From Botryllus schlosseri (Eukaryota), in contig CM119371.1 in NCBI GenBank assembly GCA_051294905.1, positions 23,376,001 to 23,440,000 of the forward strand: a stretch of 64,000 bases of DNA. Reading direction: 5' to 3'. The translations under genes and the position numbers were made by a program. Positions 49,987-64,000 of this stretch are shown here, piece after piece. The notes beneath the pieces were generated by a model. It searched no databases. It worked only from the letters and a program-made list of their open reading frames with translations, and was not told the DNA's origin. Every line of letters begins with the position of its first letter. Positions within the stretch are counted from its first letter, which is position 1.

Positions 49987-50491
49987 TAGGGTCGGGCAAA
50001 ATGATTCGAGTACTCGAATCTGAATCGAGTAATAATTTCAATGATTCGACTCGAGTAGTGAAATGCTATTTTTTCGAGTACTGATATTATACGCTCTTCG
50101 CCGCTTAAATTCAATTTATCAACGAGAATCAAAGTTACGAAATCATTTTCCACTGCGGTAGCCTTGAAATCTTAATTGGCCGTATCGCAGCGTACAAAAC
50201 AAAAATTGAAAGCGAAGAACGTTGCTAGAAACAACACATTTCCGAAGTCATGATCGTCCTACATCAATATCACAAAGTGTGATGGAATCGGTATGGTCGA
50301 AAAATACCGAAGTATTTTCAGTGTGATGGATAACAGGCATTATATTGCTCTTGGTCGCATAAAAGGTACATATTTGAACTTTGACAAAATGAATTTTGTT
50401 ATGACGTCATAATGAGATACTCGACTCGACTCGAAGCAAAATACGTGATTCAGAATCGAATCACTCAGGTACTCGAATTTGCCCAGCCCTA
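49987..50491. mobile_element. hAT-type MITE with CGAGT/ACTCG subterminal repeats
   Basis: TAGGGTCGGGCAAA / TTTGCCCAGCCCTA ends; TSD unclear. Confidence 0.6.
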
Positions 50492-50927
50492 TACTAGGAC
50501 TCGAACCAGGAACCATATAGTGTTGCAGCTGTAGATCATACCACTTCGCAATCTAGCCACTCTTTTGACTCATCGACCCTTGTCCAGGTAGACATATGTC
50601 GACTGACCTCGAAATGATAGCGGTCATCATTCATGATGTTCTTCGACTTTTCCGTCGTACTCGTGTAAGTAATCGACATTTATATGGCGGATGTCACAGA
50701 CCAGCTATTTGCTTGTTTGAGTGCAACCAAGATATCTGGAAGGACTTCTATAGGACACAATCTCTTTTTACCGTAACATCAAATTTCCAGTGTGCTGGTA
50801 ACACATGACATCCTCTGATAGTTTAATAACAAGACATCATACCTGTTTACGACGCTTTTGTAACGCCTTTATAGAGATCCAGAGTTTCAATTAGTTTTTG
50901 TGAACAACGCGCCATAAAATTGTCGAC

Positions 50928-53101
50928 TAGGGTTGTTCAAAATTTGTAAAATGTTAGGGATACTGTGAATCCATGGCTTATCATGTAGATTATTGCTAAA
51001 ACAAAAGAATGGGCCTGAAAGAAGCTCGCAGGAAAGCCGGTAAGATATGTCTAAATGCGTTAGAAAGTAGCCGTCGGCGAGTGTGCGGGGTATCGATGAA
51101 GTGGGCGGACAAACAGAAGTCGATCATCTCAATTGGTTGAAGCCGGTAATAATATGCTACTGATTGGCTGAAAGACCGACGTTGCGAACACTGCTGGTAA
51201 CGACTTATGTCTGCTGTTGTGCAGTCGTTTCTGTTGGTGACATTGCAGGCATGATATATTGCCTTCGGTAATGTTGTCATCGAGAGCCCATAGTACAACA
51301 TTGCAGCCCATTAAGTTATTATCTACCTGCATAATGTGTATAACAGTGTTGCTATGTATTGCACAGGCGCTCTCGCTAGTCGAGATGCGAATAAAGTAGA
51401 TGCGTGCATATTGCTACGTTCGACATTTCCAAAATTTACTGACAGTGAGTGAAATTAAAATTTCCCACCAGTAGTCAGCATCTCAGTAGTATTTGTTATG
51501 ACTAGTTGACACCTCATCCATAATCAAACGTATATTACAGTCTTTATTCACGATTGAATGAAGGCAAAAAGCAATATTTACAAAATATATTTAAAAAAGT
51601 ACGTTGAAGGATCAGTGTTGCATTGTCAGACACAAATTTCAGATTACGGGGTTTTCATAAGAGTTGACTTCCTGTTGTCCACAACTGTCTCTCTATGCTG
51701 TTCCAGGGCTTGAAGCAGACTGTCTGTCTGTTGTCCATTGTCAGTCAAGGTTGCAGCATAGTCTGTTGTTAGCTTTACATTAACACCTCGTCCTGCGGCA
51801 TCATTAACGACTTAGGCCAGCGGTTCTAAACCTTTTCGGACTTAAGCCCCACTTGGGGATGGTCAAAAAATTGCGCCCCCTGCACTTATCGTCATGTCAA
51901 AAAGAGCACATCATATAATAGTATACATATGGTATATCTTACTTCAAGTTTGAATCCCCATTCTAGTTGTTCAGTTTTTTATATTTCTAACAAATGTCTC
52001 CCACATTTGTTTGAAAATAACAAAAAAAAAACATTGAACAGGGCCTCAATTTATTTCAAGGTAGGTTGAACTGAGACTAATCCTAATGCCGGTAATGACT
52101 ACAGAGAGCACGGCGTCGTTCTGTCCTGACATGATACATTTGATCAGTTTTGGAATTGAATTAAATTGTGTTTATTTAGGGTAGCCTAATTGAGGGCGAA
52201 AACGGGCAACCTATATTGCATCTAAGTCAAATAGTTATTAACTGTCATTGCTGCTCGTTCTTTAAAACATATAGCAATAGTCAGAGTCTTGAATTGCTGT
52301 TTTCTGTCAAGACTGATCAAGTTCTTCTTAAGGTGGGCATGGCATGTGATCACGCCATGTTTCGTACAGGTTTTGAAGTGATCGCACAACATGTGATTTC
52401 TGCATTGTCGCAATTTTCGCCATTCCCCTCACTGTCATTATATCAACAACCACAATACATAGTTAATGAGTAGGGGTTGACTGAGGACACTGCCATTTCA
52501 GATGCAGGAAGTTACTAATTACTTCTCGTATAGTACGTAGTCTCGAACAACAGATGTAATCGCAAGTATATCCTACCAAGCACTGCTTAGATTTGGATCT
52601 TGTTCTTCCGTGCGGCATGTGTTGTACAATCTTTCGCCGTTTTGCATATGCCATGACTGCAATATTGCTGCTGCAAATCATCAACTACTGCTATCGACTC
52701 TAAAGCATTCGAAGAACACGTGTTACAGTACTACCAATGACTCGTCAACCCACAACGCGCTTGTACAGAACGACAACAGCTACTAACAGACTCGACCTCA
52801 GCAAAACATACTTACAATTTAGTCAAGCGAAGCACCCGAATCCGAGTCAGCTGTCGCAGTAATCATTGAAGCTTAGCCGATTGCCCAATCAAGAACAGTG
52901 CTTTCGTGATTGCCCACCTTTTAGCCACTCTGCTGTCGATGGCCCGCCCACTCTTCAACAACGAATTTCAAACGCATTTAGACATACTTACCTACTTTCC
53001 TGCGAGCTTATTTCAGGCCCATTATTGCTTTAACAATATTCTATAGAATAGGCCATGAATACGCAGTATTCCCAACATTTTCCAAATTTTGAACAATCCT
53101 A
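50928..53101 (-). mobile_element. hATm-like internally deleted element
   Basis: TIRs TAGGGTTGTTCAAAATTTG / CAAATTTTGAACAATCCTA; perfect TSD TTGTCGAC; extended subterminal IRs. Minus-strand remnant VVNDAAGRGV..KLTTDYAATLTDNGQQTDSLLQALEQHR at ~51690-51812 is homologous to the C-terminus of 28619-28963. Confidence 0.88.
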
Positions 53102-53124
53102 TTGTCGACGGATACAGTCCAGAG

Positions 53125-54135
53125 TAGAGATGGTGTGAACGTGAGGTTCACGTTCGCGTTCTGTGTGTGAACCTCGGAAATTTAGAGGTTCGCGTTCACA
53201 ACAGAACCTTGGTAGGTTCTGCACTGTGAAATTTTTGGTAAATTGTGATTTTGACTCCATTATAGGATCTTTGGCTCAAATTAATTGCATTTGAACTGCG
53301 GGCCACTCAATGCATGGTGCTGGCTGCATAAAAAAATCAACACTAAACGAGCATGCACCATGCACTTCGAAAACCTTAAAAGTTTTACTTGCTTTGTTGC
53401 AAAAATTTTCCCGGAATATCCAGCTTTCCGTTTGTGAATATTTAGTCACTCTCTTCTGTGAGTTTGACCCGCAATCACACAACATCACGAGCGATATACG
53501 TAGTCAGCGAATGATGCTTATTCAACCAATCAATGACATTGATATCGTCTTCTGATGTAAAAAATCGAACGGTCGTACGGGGTCAATCTTGACTTCATAT
53601 CTTTAGTGTATCATTATAACCAAATCCGTGCGATTAATGTGCTTGCTACAGCTGCATAACTTGTTGTTGTTTGTGGTATCCGTAGCGAGTATAGAAACCC
53701 GTTGTACACTCTGCTCAATATCAATGTAGCAATACTCACACTCCGAACACATTGTCCAGTCTGGCTAAGACCGTTAAGGCGTAAGCTTATATTCTTTGGT
53801 AAGTCCTCGTCGAAATTGTTGGCAAAGCGACGAAATTTACTGATTTTATGCAATTATTATATCCTTTGATTACCGCGGTTGACACATTTAGCGACGTTTA
53901 AAACGCCGATATGTACTTCAGCATTATGGCATTATGTGGGCCGAATCTTCGTTAGGTATCGTGTAGGCTACATCAATATTGCGCATAGGCTATCACTTCA
54001 TTGAAAGATAGGGTTGGAATTAGCAATATGACGTTACGTGACGTCACGAGGTTCACGTTCGTGTTCACACAGAACCTTTCAAAAAGGTTCACGTTCACAC
54101 GAACCTGAACCTTTCAGAGGTTCACACCATCCCTA
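53125..54135. mobile_element. hAT (Ac-like) MITE with GTTCAC/GAACC subterminal repeats
   Basis: TIRs TAGAGATGGTGTGAAC / GTTCACACCATCCCTA; perfect TSD GTCCAGAG. Partial copies at 8550-9527, ~22500-22760, ~29990-30080 and ~48230-48610. Confidence 0.9.
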
Positions 54136-54528
54136 GTCCAGAGTACTGGACGTCTAACTGAAATCGAAGTTTAGCGCTTCTCATAACCAAGATCAACGCA
54201 AATGTTTGAACGCGCCAGGTAACTAGAAAAATTAGTTGTTGGTTATTAAGCGAATACTACAATCAGGGAAGACATCAAACTGCTGCAATGGCAGAAGGAG
54301 GTTACGACTCACGTCCTCCTGAAATGAATCCATCATTGGAACCTACTATCGCAAGTGAGTGCTTATTTTCACAACTTTCGTGTAACAGGAAATATCATTC
54401 ATTTGCGAATATCTTCATAGCATGCAGTTGCGACAAAATCGCCAAGTGATCTCCGAGCAGATTGCGATGTACAATACTGCTTGACCTACTCCACATTTTC
54501 GCCAATAGTTTATATAAATAGGTTGTTG

Positions 54529-55481
54529 CAGTGTTGGGACGACTCGAGTCATGACTTGACTCGAGTCAGACTCGAGTCACCTTTTTCGTATGACTTGACT
54601 TGACTCGAGTCACTTTGCTAAAATGACTTGACTTGACTTGACTCGACGTATCAAAAATGTGGATTGACTCGTGACTCGGAGCAAAATTCACGAGTCAATT
54701 TCAAGTCATCAAGTTATCGGTGTCGATAAAAATCACTGTATCTTGCATATCTTCGGATTGTTCGCGAAGCGCTACTGGAACCCGTGACAGCAACCAATCA
54801 TTTAATGATAGTACATTTTACTGAGCTTTCATTGTTCTCTCACAAATAAATTGACCACAAACGAAGTGATCGAAGCTTACAGCTTACGTTGTTGTAAGCT
54901 ATAGTAGTAAAGTCATTTATTAACAAAATATCCATTTCTGTTCTCTGTTCTTACCTAAACCAAACCTCTTGTTTTATTGAAATTTTACAGGGATATTTAG
55001 ATTTAATAGATATAGTTTATATACTCCTCAACCATTGGCGCAGAATCGAATTGTATCATCTCAATGTGTGTAAATGGGTAATGTATTGCATCTTATCAAT
55101 TCGTATATATCTATTCTCTATTTTAGCTGGCAGTTCTACGTATATGTAGGCGATACGGCGCCGTTGCGTGTATATTTGAGTCTGTATTCTTTCGTCGCTT
55201 TAGAATCAATGACCATCCAATCTGTAATTCAGACAGCTAGAAAAATGCAATGACGTAATCATGCTTCATACTTCGAAAACGCAACTTGACTTGAATTGTG
55301 ACTTGACTCGTGACTTGACTTGACTTGACTCGACTTGACTCGGGTCACCTCTGAAAATCGAGTGACTTGACTTGACTCGAGTCACCTTCGAAAATCGATT
55401 GACTTGACTTGACTCGAGTCAAAATGTGCAATGACTCGAAATGACTCGCGACTCGAAGGTAGTGACTTGATCTCAACACTG
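54529..55481. mobile_element. hAT-type MITE with (GACTT/GACTC)n subterminal arrays
   Basis: TIRs CAGTGTTG / CAACACTG; perfect TSD GGTTGTTG; pentamer repeats at both ends. Confidence 0.9.
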
Positions 55482-55529
55482 GGTTGTTGTGCGGTATGCG
55501 GGGATTTGAAATATCGGTATTCTGTTAAG

Positions 55530-55727
55530 CTAATTAAAAACGCTATCAACACGACTCATACGAGTCGGTGGGTATTCAGCATCGTTTATTTTCTCCGGTA
55601 CGTCTTCCGATTCGCCGATTTCGTCAATAATTTCACCAGATTCTTTCCTCTGAGCAAAATTAATATTGACCAGTGTCAAGACAGTGACCAAAACCACGTA
55701 GAACTTGACACACACGACGAGTCACAT
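55530..55727 (-). pseudogene. Possible small secreted-protein gene or first exon with a stop at codon 2
   Basis: ATG(55727)-TGA-LVVCVKFYVVLVTVLTLVNINFA-QRKESGEIIDEIGESEDVPE...: signal-peptide-like stretch then an acidic segment; TATAAAT on minus strand at 55785-55791. Confidence 0.35.
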
Positions 55728-58021
55728 ATCACCAACTTCGATTTTTTGCTCGATTACGTAATGAATCACCAATTTGGCGTCATAATTTATAGACCTTTTC
55801 AAATAGATCCATCGACACAGTCCACCATAATATTGATATTACGACCAGCCATATTGTCAAGGAAGATTTATCTCCGCCGCCATAAAGTTCTCATCATTTG
55901 TAATGAAAATCGTCATTCTGCATTGGGCGGGATAAGAAGGTTCAAATCTTTAATCGCTCGAATGACTGTTCTCCTGTATTGATAACTTCGCCTCGAAGCA
56001 ACGATCAAACTGCGTTTACACAGTAAACATATTGAAAGCGAAACGTAGTGGTGATTATCATCAGCCTCTTTTAAGAGCAAGCGGTATCAGCTGATGACCA
56101 GAAATTGCGCATATGGCGGTTGCTTTCGCAATCGCTATGTAACATCGAACAACAACTAACTATACCAATATATAATTATTATGTGACGCAATGACGAGCA
56201 TATTTAAAACTTTTGAAGTAATAATTAACAGGGGTTATTTATGAATCCGAAGTCACTACTACATAGAACTTGATACAATGCAATATTTAAGTGTATTTAG
56301 TAGTCCCAATTGAAGTAAACCGTTCAGTAATCGCATTTTTACAAAGAAATGGACTATAACTAGATATGTAACATAATCTATTACGCCTTCGATTACTGTG
56401 TATTATATTCGAATGCAATGGATTACGATCACTATTGCTTGAAAATGCTTTGATAGTCGCAATCGAGTCGCATTACAGATAAGGATTACCCCATGTGTGA
56501 TATATAGAAAAACGATTGTTAAAAATTAATCATTATTCAATATGTGAGCGAAATTCCAACTAGAATGCGATTCCCTGAGATTTGTTTGTATTGATTGAGG
56601 TTGAAAGATACCCTATTACATTTCATTAGCTATAAAAATCGTCTTCGCCTCAGAAAAGTTCGTATTAACGCTTTGTTTGCTCTACTGTAAGCGATATTAG
56701 AGAACAGAAACGATATAAATGTACAGTTCTTTTAAAATCTATCCGCGGGGATAGCAGATAGCATGACTTCAAAACCCCTTCCCTCGGCGATCGTATATGT
56801 GTGCTTAGTAACAATATGTGACTTAGCGATCAAAGTTGTTGCCTTGTCGTACATCCGTCATAGTATTATATATTCAAAAAGTCGGCGCTATCGATTCAAA
56901 ATGCATTCGATCAACAATTGACGAGCTCCACCGCGCCTTTTCTCAACCGATGTAACATGGCAGTAAAAGTACTTTAATAAGCTACCTCGCTACGGTAGTG
57001 ACTAGTAGAGATTCGCTACGTACACGCGCACCAAGTCAAGTGAATGCGAAAAAGGACTTCTCAAAATCGAGTAGACTGACTATATGATTAATTCGATTCT
57101 ACGTCAAGTGTTCATCAATGAGTCAGCTCGAGTATTTGACTACTCCCTGTCATGACGCCATAACAGTGAAATTGACTTTTCACGTCGAAATATGTACCTA
57201 ATTCAGCGGCCACAAGGAAAATGATGCCTGTTAAACAATATCTAGATTTTCTTTTGATCTCTTCCCCATCATAATTTCATGGCTATTTGTAACAATGCGG
57301 CGATCACTACTGCAAATAAACGTCGTTCCATTAATAATCGTAATAGCAGAAGAGCATGATAATTCGTACATCATGTTTGGATGCTCATTTATGCACAGGT
57401 ACGGCCAATCGATATTACGGGGTTGTTATATGCCTGCACCCTGAGTACGTTCACCATAATGTGAAAAATAATTGGAAATTATATTTTACGTTGATAAATA
57501 AACTGCAAGTGTAAAGCACGCAACAAAAATCAAGACTCGATGCCTTATGATTCGATCACTCAAATCGTTATGCCCATCTTTAAAACTAATGCGGACATCA
57601 GATAAAATATGCATAGTTAATATCCAAATATACATCGATCACCCTGAGTTACTCTCGGCATATTTGGTAACCTGATTGAATAAAAATGGGTCGTTAATTC
57701 CGCTACCATCCTGTGAAGGGATCTCGTAGGTGCGTTAGACCACGAGAAGATATATTTGTTTTGACAAAATTTCAAGTTACTTTCGTCGCAGTCTAGAATC
57801 TACTTGAAACGCCCGTCAATCGTTATTCCGTAGCCGTGGCTATTGAATTCAACGCTACCGGTACTTAACGAATGCTCCTCCCACAATTACAATTAAAACT
57901 GCTCCCCTTGCCGCCTCCCCTGCCGTTAGCGTAGCTGGGTATAATCTATACCAAACCAAGGACTCATCGGTGCTTCCGATAGCAGAAGCACCCAGGAAAT
58001 TGCTGTTCAGAAATAGTTACT

Positions 58022-58505
58022 GTGTGGTGCTGTGATTTCCGCACTGCGTGCCGCGGCACATTTGTGTGTAGCAACAGATTCGACGACACAGTGAAGACCA
58101 ACGTGATTTTCACGACATCGCAACTGCTCCCTGCAACACGTAAAGACGTGCTTCCCGCACTTCAGCAAAGCAATGTAGTTTACGAATTTAAGTGTCACTG
58201 TGATTGTGGCTACGTGGGAAGAACGCCAAAGTGCTTGCAGGAGCGCATAAATCAGCATGTCCCTAGATTTATTAGAACACGTTCGGTGAAAAGCTCACCC
58301 TTAACTCATCCGCTCAAGATTGATGCGGAACAATGAAAGGCCATCTAAAAATAGTATATTGAATGCTCTGGTATTCGTCATTTCGTGCTGGTGACGTCAT
58401 ATTTTTTGTTACGATTGTTGACATACGCTGTTCCTTTGAATTCTCTACTAGTTGCTGACTATTACCCCTGACGAGTGTCAGCCGAGAATATTCGGGTTCA
58501 TTTCA
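58022..58505 (+). mobile_element. Penelope-like element 3' fragment (GIY-YIG endonuclease)
   Basis: KDVLPALQQSNVVYEFKCHCDCGYVGRTPKCLQERINQHVP matches the PLE GIY-YIG pattern VVY...C.C...YVG.T...L..RI.QH; internally deleted relative to 29496-29900. Confidence 0.85.
58464..58497 (+). ncRNA. Second hammerhead motif copy, GAAA core mutated to GAGA
   Basis: ACCC-CTGACGA-GTGTCAGCC-GAGA-ATAT-TC-GGGT. Confidence 0.55.
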
Positions 58506-58857
58506 ATATGAATATACTCTTCAATTTCGTAATTTTGGAAATAATCTTCATATTTTCAATGGGGCATGAGGCAATTGAGGCATGCATGCTAGCTTAGTCG
58601 ACTTGAAACCGCTGTAACTGCTTAATAGCTGATGTGACATTGTAATGAAACCAGTCATGGTATTGCCGATGAGTTGGGAAATTGTTATCTCATAAATGGG
58701 CTGTTATGTGTCGGCGAAAGTCTTTCATTCTTTTCACGCACCTAAAAAATCATCTCATAAACAAAAAAAACTGTATTGTCCGGACTTCAACTGGCAATGC
58801 AATATTACTTCTCAGGATTTTTTTGGTCACAACTTTAGATGGGTAGCTCGTCTATTT

Positions 58858-59212
58858 TAGGCTTACCATATTTTGGAAATCAAAAAAGAGGACCCTTTTA
58901 CAGAAATTTGCAACTGGCAAATCCGGAGTGAAATTCTCAAAAACCGGTTAATTTTTCCCACTTCGTGGTCGGTTGATTAAAAAAAAAAAAAAAAGGTCAT
59001 CACTTCTGCTCAGAGCTAAAATCACCGTTTTTCACTCCGAAATACCCGCCAGAGCTTCACTTCTGTGCTACTTTGCGGCATATCACTCGCAATTTGCTCT
59101 AAATCTGCCTAAATTTTCAAAAAAGAGGACAAAAGGGCGTCCTCCGAGGACACTTTCAAAAAAGTCAAGAAAGAGGACAAATCCTCTTAAAAGAGGACGT
59201 ATGGTAAGCCTA
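58858..59212. mobile_element. hAT-type MITE
   Basis: TIRs TAGGCTTACCATA / TATGGTAAGCCTA; perfect TSD GTCTATTT; GAGGAC repeats. A related left end starts at 63980 and runs off the window. Confidence 0.9.
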
Positions 59213-59854
59213 GTCTATTTGGATGCAGTGTGTCAATCAAGCACTTATTCTGAAGAAAATCAGCTCATTGATTTACAAAATTGGATCAGATATGGTCGTT
59301 TTCTTCCAAATCATTTACCATGGGTACAAAAGAAATCAGGTATCAATTGCCATGTGCATTGTGCATGTGAACATAGTAGTTATTTTGTTCAATCTGAAAG
59401 CAAATACTGTAAATCACGCCATATCCCTCAAGACTTCATATCAAATTTGATAGCTTTTCTTTGGTGCCTCATTTTTCCTCACACTGTCTCTTACCATTGT
59501 TCCATGTCCCTTGAAGTTTCCGGTATGTGCACAGTGCGAGTAGTTCAGAACGAGTTGGTGCGCTCGTTGCTATTATGACTGCGCAGTGTGCAGCGCAACT
59601 TCGCTTGGATTCCTAACCATTTCTCAGCAAACTTTTTTGAAGATTTTCATGATGCTGTATTGAAGACAATCGGGTAGTTGTCGAAGTCGGATATAGTTTT
59701 AGGTATTGAGTTGGGTCTTGTAGGGGAACCATATTTTGGAATCGGGAAAGTAGGACACTTTTCGAAATTTTCAAACTTAGAATACTGGAGGGAAATCTTG
59801 AAAAAAATGGTAACCTTAAGTCTTGGAAAATATTTTGGGCTTCAATCTGGAATG

Positions 59855-60402
59855 CAGGGTTGTAATGACTCGAGTCATGACTCGACTCGAGTCCGACTCG
59901 AGTCACGATTTTCTGATGACTCGACTTGACTCGAGTCATTTTCTCAAAATACGGAAATGACTCGACTCGAGTCGAGTCAATCCGTGAATTGACTCGACTT
60001 GGACGCGAGTCATTGCGCATGACTCGAACCAAGTCATATGACGCGAGACTAAGACTGCCAAGATCGACATTTCATTGTAATTTCGAATACTTGAAAAAGC
60101 GATTAGAAAATGCTAAAAATGAGGAAAATTAGCATAGTATAAATGCGAAGTATATGATAACACCAGAGTTATAAAAAGCGGGTTTAACAAAACTTTGTCT
60201 GGAAACTGAGCAGTCAACACAATGACTTGGACTTGGACTCGAGTCATAATACCATGACTCGGACTCGACCCTCTGCTCGATGACTTGGACTCGGACTTGA
60301 GTCGGTGGTGAAGTGAAAATGACTCGACTTGACTCGAGAGTCAAAACTATAAAAGTGAGATTGGCTTGTGACTCAGAGCCATGTGACTTGGTTACAACCC
60401 TG
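59855..60402. mobile_element. hAT-type MITE with GACTC(G) arrays
   Basis: TIRs CAGGGTTGTAA / TTACAACCCTG; perfect TSD CTGGAATG. Confidence 0.9.
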
Positions 60403-61029
60403 CTGGAATGACATGTGTACTATTATACTCAGTACCGTAACTGCCGCAACCCAAACCCTCAATTGGTGGGGAGGCGAGATCAAAGGGGGCCCAAATTTAT
60501 TTAGAGAATAAGCATAAATTATGGACTATTTTCAAAAAATTTTCGCGCTTCGCGCGATTTCAAGTTGCCAAACATCTTGATTTTGGGGTACTCTTCCCCA
60601 AAGAAAAAATAAACAAGATTTATAGAAATGGGCATATCGGCGCTCGCCATTATCGCGCCACGATGCCCCAAAACATATAAAGTTTCAGGCCATGTAGCAT
60701 GTGACTGCAAGAAGTGTACTAGAACGATCGGCAGCGAGAAAACCTTTGCCGAAAAGGACTGCCCATATGCTGACCGAAAACTTCGTTATATTTACAAAAT
60801 ACATATAGGTTTAATTGTCCACATAGGCGCCTAAATGACTGGCACCGAATGTTCATATCTTGGCAATCTGAACCTTACAAGACAAATACCATCCCACAGG
60901 GAAATATATGCCAGTAAAGAAATAGCAGTTTGAAATCGCGTGGGTCTTTTAGTTTTGTAGCCTACGTTTGGACGATTCTCCATTTTTTGATATAGCAGAC
61001 AGGTCACGAAATATCATGTTGCGGAGTCA

Positions 61030-61470
61030 TACCAACGGGCCCTACAGTTTCCAAGCCACCTCACTCAGCTCTACCGGTAAATCTGATTAAGTGAGCAAAG
61101 AGGATAAGATACTGGTAGCAATATATATGCAATTCGCGATCTTATTGACCGACTTTATCATGAATTATCGATAATTTTCGCGCTTAGCGGTGGCTCACTG
61201 CGGACGAAGTGTTGTTTCGTTCCAGCCAACAGGTGCCCGAAGATGTTTAATTATTTTTGAGGGGGTCCTACCTTTTCAAACACACCTTACTCAGCTTTAC
61301 CAGTAAATCTGATTACGTGAGCAGAGAGGGGATAAAAATTGATAGCAATATATATGCAATTCCCGACCATATTGACCGATTCAATCATGAATTATAGAAA
61401 TTTTTCGCGCTTGGCGTGCATAGGCGAGAAAAACTGACACAGCAAACGGCTCTCAATGTAGATGATAAGT
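61030..61470 (+). repeat. Two adjacent copies of a dispersed ~170 bp repeat (also ~24680-24830 and ~46390-46630)
   Basis: Shared CTCTACCGGTAAATCTGATTA..GAGCAGAGAG.GGATAAAAATTGATAGCAATATATATGCAATTC...TTTTCGCGCTT core. Confidence 0.75.
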
Positions 61471-64000
61471 AGTGGCTAACAGCCCGCAGCCTGAGAAGTT
61501 CGGTTTATCATCATATGGGGGGCCCAAGACCAACGTTTTTTGGGGGCCTGAGGAGGAGCTGTTACGGCCCTGATTATACTATTTACGGAAACTAATCTAT
61601 GCGTGGTATTTAATTCTTCGGGTACGGTCCTAAATCTGTCAGACTTGCGTCCCGTGTAGGTTGGCACATCTTGATTTCACCTCTGTGATCCAGGCGATAC
61701 GGTGATTTTGCCTTTGGCTTCGTAATATTATTTTCTGACATTGAGATTGGTAAATTAACGTATAGTGTAGCATATGCAATATAAGCGTGGAATCCAGTAT
61801 ATTATGAACGAGAGGGACTTGATAACATTCAAGTCGTGTTCTAAAAAATGACTTTAACAGAACTTGAACTCGGGGATGTATGGTGAATACTATAACTTGA
61901 AGTCAGACTCAAGACTCAGCACTATGATTGGGGATGAGGCTTGACTAGGTGATAGTTATAGATAGACTTTTTACTCGGAGCCTTATTAATAATTATAGCT
62001 CTAATCCATGTCGTTTGATATTTGACAGTGAGTCTATTTACTCATTCATATTAGCTGACCACTGCTCTCATCGCATCCACCACACCAACTTACGATTTTT
62101 TTTCACTTTTTAGACAAGCAAAATATGATACATACTGGAAGAAGACGAATAAGAGAACCGACAGATTGTGTAACAACGCATGGTACAGGTAATACATTCC
62201 TAAATTACTCCCCCTCCAGTCAACTGGATTATCACACATATGACTTGATACATTCGTAAACTCTATATGATTTGAGTGTACTGTACGCAGGGAAAGGTTG
62301 CAGTAATACTTGTACGTCGTAATAGCAAATTATTGAACATTCAGTAAATTGGATATTACACTCGGAGGTGGTGATTACCTCTTCTTTACTCTTTATTTTT
62401 ACTGACTGGTTTTACACCTTGTTGTACAGTAACGAAATAATAACCAAAATTGCTTATAGTAGTAGTGTTATCATTCATATTAGTTTGTTGTAAAGAAGCG
62501 TCCACCGCAGTTTTAAAAGCATCCTATACACTGTAAAAAATCTGGTAGATTTACTGGGAATTCTCTGCAAATTTTACAACGAATTACCGGTCGCAGCCAA
62601 TAACTGTGCGTAGCTTTTAATTTTACATTTTGATATGTAATATTACCTTAGTTTAGCTGTGAAGTCAAGTTACCAGAATTTCTTCGCAAAATTACTGACA
62701 GTTACTCGTAACTGCAGTTTACCTGACTATTGGGAAGATGGATTAGCTTCACAATCGCTGCAGCCAATATATACGTGGAACTGAATGTTACTGATATATC
62801 TATAGAAATTAAACATGGAACCATAGTGTCATATATGGTGTCGACACAGCCAAATCTCACAGTTCAGTGAAATTGTAACACGTGACAATTTCCATTTGGC
62901 TACAGGCAATTTGACAGCCATTTTTGACCGGCTTGCCAAGCATTAAATTTGGTAAAACGGGTATCAATCGAAAGCTGGCTCTGCACTGATTACGAAAATA
63001 TAAATTTTATTCCGCTCGTGGCCCTGGAACTCCCACAATCAGCCTCGAATTTTTCATTGTTATGAAGATTTGCATTGGGACGCAACAATGCTGAACAATG
63101 CTGTCTTGCTCTTTTTCTCTTGAGCTACTCTCTCGTTTCGCCAGACAGCATTGTTGCGTTCCAAGGGATGAGTCGCGAAGGGAATAATTCTGGAGCGAGA
63201 CGGCACCAGAGCAATCTTTTACTGTATATCTAATATTTGGTGAATTTGTTGCAATCATTATTTTTTCGCGCCAGGCGCGATTTCATGTGGATAAAAGTCG
63301 TTACCATACGATATGGCTTGATCATGAAAATGTGCCGCATTGCCGCAAGTTGGTTTGGATTCGTGATAAGATTTGTCCAACATTCTTTTCTTTAAAAAAC
63401 ACCGTCGGGGACCGTTACGATTCTTTGGTGTGCCGGTGTGCAACAAGCGGGTGCGGGAATATGATAGATTGGTATTTCGATGCCAACCCCTTCCGCCCCG
63501 GACACACGAGAACGCGAAGTTTTGGTCAGCATACCGATGGGATAAGTGCAGTGCCAAAAAGTTTGGAAGCAAAAAAATCCGTCATTAGTTGGTCAAAACC
63601 TTCTATATTGTATGTCCGGTAGTACCTATGTCCGGCAACAAATAGCCACGTCCTTGCAATCTGAGTAGACAGTAGTACAAATGCGAACCTAGTGGAAAAA
63701 AGATGTACTCCAATTTGGAATCGCGTGCACATGACATGATTCAAACGACTGCGTTGAGAACAACTGCTATCTGTGTGTTCTATGCCTGTAAAACGTTGCA
63801 TGTTAATATTAAAATTATTTGGGTCGCGGTCTGAAATGTTTAAGAACCACTGTTTGGCGGTTATTGAACTGCTATGAGCTTCCATTTCAACAATTTTCGG
63901 TTGGCGTGTGCGGATGGGTGCTCAAAAAGGTTAATAAGCATTGGTAGAGGTTATGTTAGTTCGTCCAGTGCTCCTAAATTAGGGTTACCATATTTTTGTT

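Noticed and set aside
55431..55982. 183 aa ORF
   Set aside because: Starts within MITE GACTC repeats and is antisense to the more gene-like minus-strand frame.
58973..60344. 201 aa, 139 aa and neighbouring ORFs
   Set aside because: They run through MITE sequence, poly-A and pentamer repeats. The intervening DNA may be a decayed coding remnant, but I could not assign it.
63007..63885. Cluster of overlapping 70-120 aa ORFs, one Cys-containing
   Set aside because: No family recognised and no frame clearly preferred; needs a homology search.

Overview
AT-rich, repeat-dense eukaryotic (invertebrate animal-like; species not determinable from sequence) genomic DNA, not a prokaryotic locus. The dominant feature is a ~15.1 kb, essentially non-coding giant palindrome (30948-46040). 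It has AGTAGT...ACTACT termini, ~7.9 kb and ~7.1 kb arms built from nested tandem-repeat modules (including an 8 x ~200 bp array), and a 46 bp G-rich, telomere-like central loop closed by a CG-repeat stem. The arms are nearly identical but differ by informative indels, which argues against a fold-back read artefact. Flanking it are two intronless XK-related (Xkr-like) membrane-protein paralogs (the second truncated) and an intronless gene with a C-terminal AF9/ENL-type AHD domain but no YEATS domain. Mobile elements include a degenerate P-element (THAP transposase, 29 bp TIR, 8 bp TSD) in a three-level nest, a hAT (hATm-like) element carrying two copies of its 3' end, Penelope-like fragments with minimal hammerhead ribozyme motifs, a tRNA-derived SINE, a LINE fragment and many hAT-type MITEs with 8 bp TSDs. 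All family assignments come from motif recognition by eye, not database searches.
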